From Ottowia thiooxydans (GTDB taxonomy: Bacteria > Pseudomonadota > Gammaproteobacteria > Burkholderiales > Burkholderiaceae_C), in NCBI RefSeq assembly GCF_040548795.1, contig NZ_JBEPSH010000008.1:4310-36309 (forward strand): DNA of 32,000 nt, in the 5' to 3' direction. Position 1 is the first letter of the stretch. The number at the start of each line of letters is the position of its first letter. Shown piece after piece: positions 30,505 to 32,000 of this stretch. The notes beneath the pieces are model-generated. The model searched no databases, was not told the DNA's origin, and saw only the letters and a program-made list of their open reading frames with translations. A program made the position numbers and the translations under genes.

Positions 30505-31440
30505 TCAGTTCTGGCGAAACACCAGAACTTTCAGGGATCTATCTTCATCCGTATCGCTGAACACGGGCGGGTTGGCAACCCGTGACACATAGGTGAGTTC
30601 AGGGGCATGCTCACGCATGCCTTCCAGAAGAAACTCAAGTCCCAATTCAGGAGCGTTCAGGCACAACAGCACGTGCCCGCCCGGTGCCACCAATGTGGGC
30701 AGGCGGCGCATCAGGCGTGCGTAGTCCTTGGTGGCAATGAAGCTACCTTTTTGATAGCTGGGTGGATCAACAATCACGAGGTCATATGGACCACCGCGAG
30801 TCAACTTCCCCCATGAGTTAAAAATGTCATGAGCGAAGAAAAGTGCCCCTGACGAAAGACCGTTGAGCTTGTGGTTCTGGCGACCAACTTCCAGAGCACC
30901 TTTGCTCATGTCCATGTTCACCACCTGCTCTGCTCCCGCATCCAGCGCGACCAATGAGAAGGCGCAGGTGTATGAGAACAGGTTGAGCACCTTAGGCCTG
31001 AAGCCCTGAGTGGATCTCACAAGCTCAACGTGTTCATGCACCCAACGCCGGCCCTCGGCCATGTCAAGAAACAAGCCATGGTTCTGGCCCTTGAGCAAGT
31101 GCACCAGATAGCGCAGGCCTGATTCGGTGACCTCGTGAGGCTGCGGAATCGTGCCACTCATCAGGCGAGTCTCAATGGCGCCAGTCGCGCGACACTGAAA
31201 AACCCAGTTCAATGGTTCTGTTGGCGAAGCGACGCGCTGCCAGTGAGCCGCCAGCGCTTCGCCAATGGTGGTGAGCTCGCTCTCTTCGACGTTCCGAAAA
31301 CTGGTCAAAACCCAAACGGGAGGAAAAGCATCCAGCACCCAGTGTTCACAACCCGGGTAGCGGCCCCCGCGTCCGTGAAAAATCCGGCGGGCGTCGCCAC
31401 CCGGTGTGATGGTCTCTATAGCGTTCAACAATGCTTGCAT
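30505..31440 (-). CDS. Class I SAM-dependent methyltransferase (RlmI-like catalytic domain, no PUA domain seen)
   Basis: VLNLFSYTCAFSLVALDAGAEQVVNMDMSKGALEVG...YDLVIVDPPSYQKG. The ATG at 31440 (MQALLNAIE...) is preferred over the 31545 start in the track. Confidence 0.85.
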   Translation of the reverse strand: MQALLNAIETITPGGDARRIFHGRGGRYPGCEHWVLDAFPPVWVLTSFRNVEESELTTIGEALAAHWQRVASPTEPLNWVFQCRATGAIETRLMSGTIPQPHEVTESGLRYLVHLLKGQNHGLFLDMAEGRRWVHEHVELVRSTQGFRPKVLNLFSYTCAFSLVALDAGAEQVVNMDMSKGALEVGRQNHKLNGLSSGALFFAHDIFNSWGKLTRGGPYDLVIVDPPSYQKGSFIATKDYARLMRRLPTLVAPGGHVLLCLNAPELGLEFLLEGMREHAPELTYVSRVANPPVFSDTDEDRSLKVLVFRQN

Positions 31441-31883
31441 GGACAGGATTCTGACGGATCCACACCGCTCGCTTCGGATACCGTGGGCCATGTTCTGAGG
31501 AGATAGGCATGCCAACGTCCAAAGGTCTGTTCGCCTCTGTGCCATCTCACAGAATTTTGTCTAGCCAAGGATCGGCGCGACTACTTCTGCTTTGCCTTTT
31601 TGCCGCTGCCCTTACGAGCATTCTGAGCACTGGGCTTCGGCGTGATCACGGCTGGCCGAAACTCCCAGATTTGCTTTCAATAGAAGTTGATTTCTGGGAG
31701 CTTTGCTGTGATGTTTCGCTGTGCTGCCACAGATGGATCCTTCGCTCGCACATGGACCACATGATTGGTCTGCGCCATCCCTTGACGGTGTTGGCTTCGC
31801 GTTTGCCCTGACAAGAGATACAAGCACGGGTGCCTCAGTCATCCCGTATCAACGCAGGCCACTGAGGCAAGTTAAGTGAACTC

Positions 31884-32000
31884 TTAATCCAAGCTTAATT
31901 TGGCCCTCTCGGCCACGCGGTGAAATCGCTGGGACTCTTCGGCAATAAAGGCATTGACGTTCACTTTTCTATCCACCGCAGGATCAAGTCCGCTATCGCG
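31884..32000 (-). CDS. 3' end of an unidentified CDS that continues beyond the window
   Basis: An open frame runs from the window edge and reads ...RDSGLDPAVDRKVNVNAFIAEESQRFHRVAERAKLSLD, ending at TAA (31886-31884). It is too short for the ORF track. A 9-bp inverted repeat follows it: TGCCTCAGT at 31831-31839 and ACTGAGGCA at 31861-31869. Confidence 0.35.
   Translation of the reverse strand, partial: RDSGLDPAVDRKVNVNAFIAEESQRFHRVAERAKLSLD

Noticed and set aside
31677-31679. Reading the in-frame TGA as selenocysteine because a hairpin follows it.
   Set aside because: There is no Cys/Sec redox motif nearby and no known selenoprotein family resemblance. The hairpin geometry is only loosely SECIS-like, and the ORF itself is doubtful. 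It is kept only as a low-interest note.
1-32000. A search by eye for tRNA, rRNA, CRISPR repeats, IS inverted repeats with transposases, integrases and phage genes.
   Set aside because: Nothing was found. The only T-loop-like string (GGGATCGAATCC near 14540) lies inside pgaC coding sequence with no cloverleaf context. No spaced direct repeats and no transposase-like ORFs were seen.

Overview
This is a high-GC proteobacterial chromosomal segment. Single coding lines I hand-counted were about 57-68% G+C. The gene content (a Bug-family binding protein, several LysR regulators) suggests Burkholderiales, possibly Comamonadaceae, but that is only an inference. Contents from left to right: (1) a Dpp/Opp-type ABC importer, cut at its 5' end by the window edge, with one binding protein, two permeases and two ATPases. 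(2) A LysR regulator divergent from a three-gene operon: tartrate/D-malate dehydrogenase, a Bug binding protein and a MetX-like alpha/beta hydrolase. (3) A PLD-family cardiolipin synthase-like gene. (4) A serine hydrolase of the beta-lactamase fold. (5) A complete pgaABCD (PNAG exopolysaccharide) operon on the minus strand with overlapping stop and start codons, preceded by an AT-rich region of about 0.5 kb that contains a nested perfect palindrome. (6) A second LysR regulator. (7) A compact six-gene plus-strand operon: a stressosome module (RsbR, RsbS, RsbT), a kinase-like/PP2C phosphatase fusion, a sensor-less histidine kinase and a REC-PAS-HK-REC hybrid kinase, with a single-domain response regulator gene converging on its 3' end. 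(8) A flavin reductase, a choice-of-anchor-I type lipoprotein, a SAM methyltransferase and a short partial CDS at the right edge. I saw no rRNA, tRNA, CRISPR array, IS element or phage genes. The most interesting part is the stressosome operon. It feeds a two-component phosphorelay, with no sigma factor partner-switch genes and no recognisable output domain in the window, and it sits one LysR gene away from the PNAG biofilm operon. Many long ORFs in the supplied track are antisense artefacts of high GC content and were rejected.
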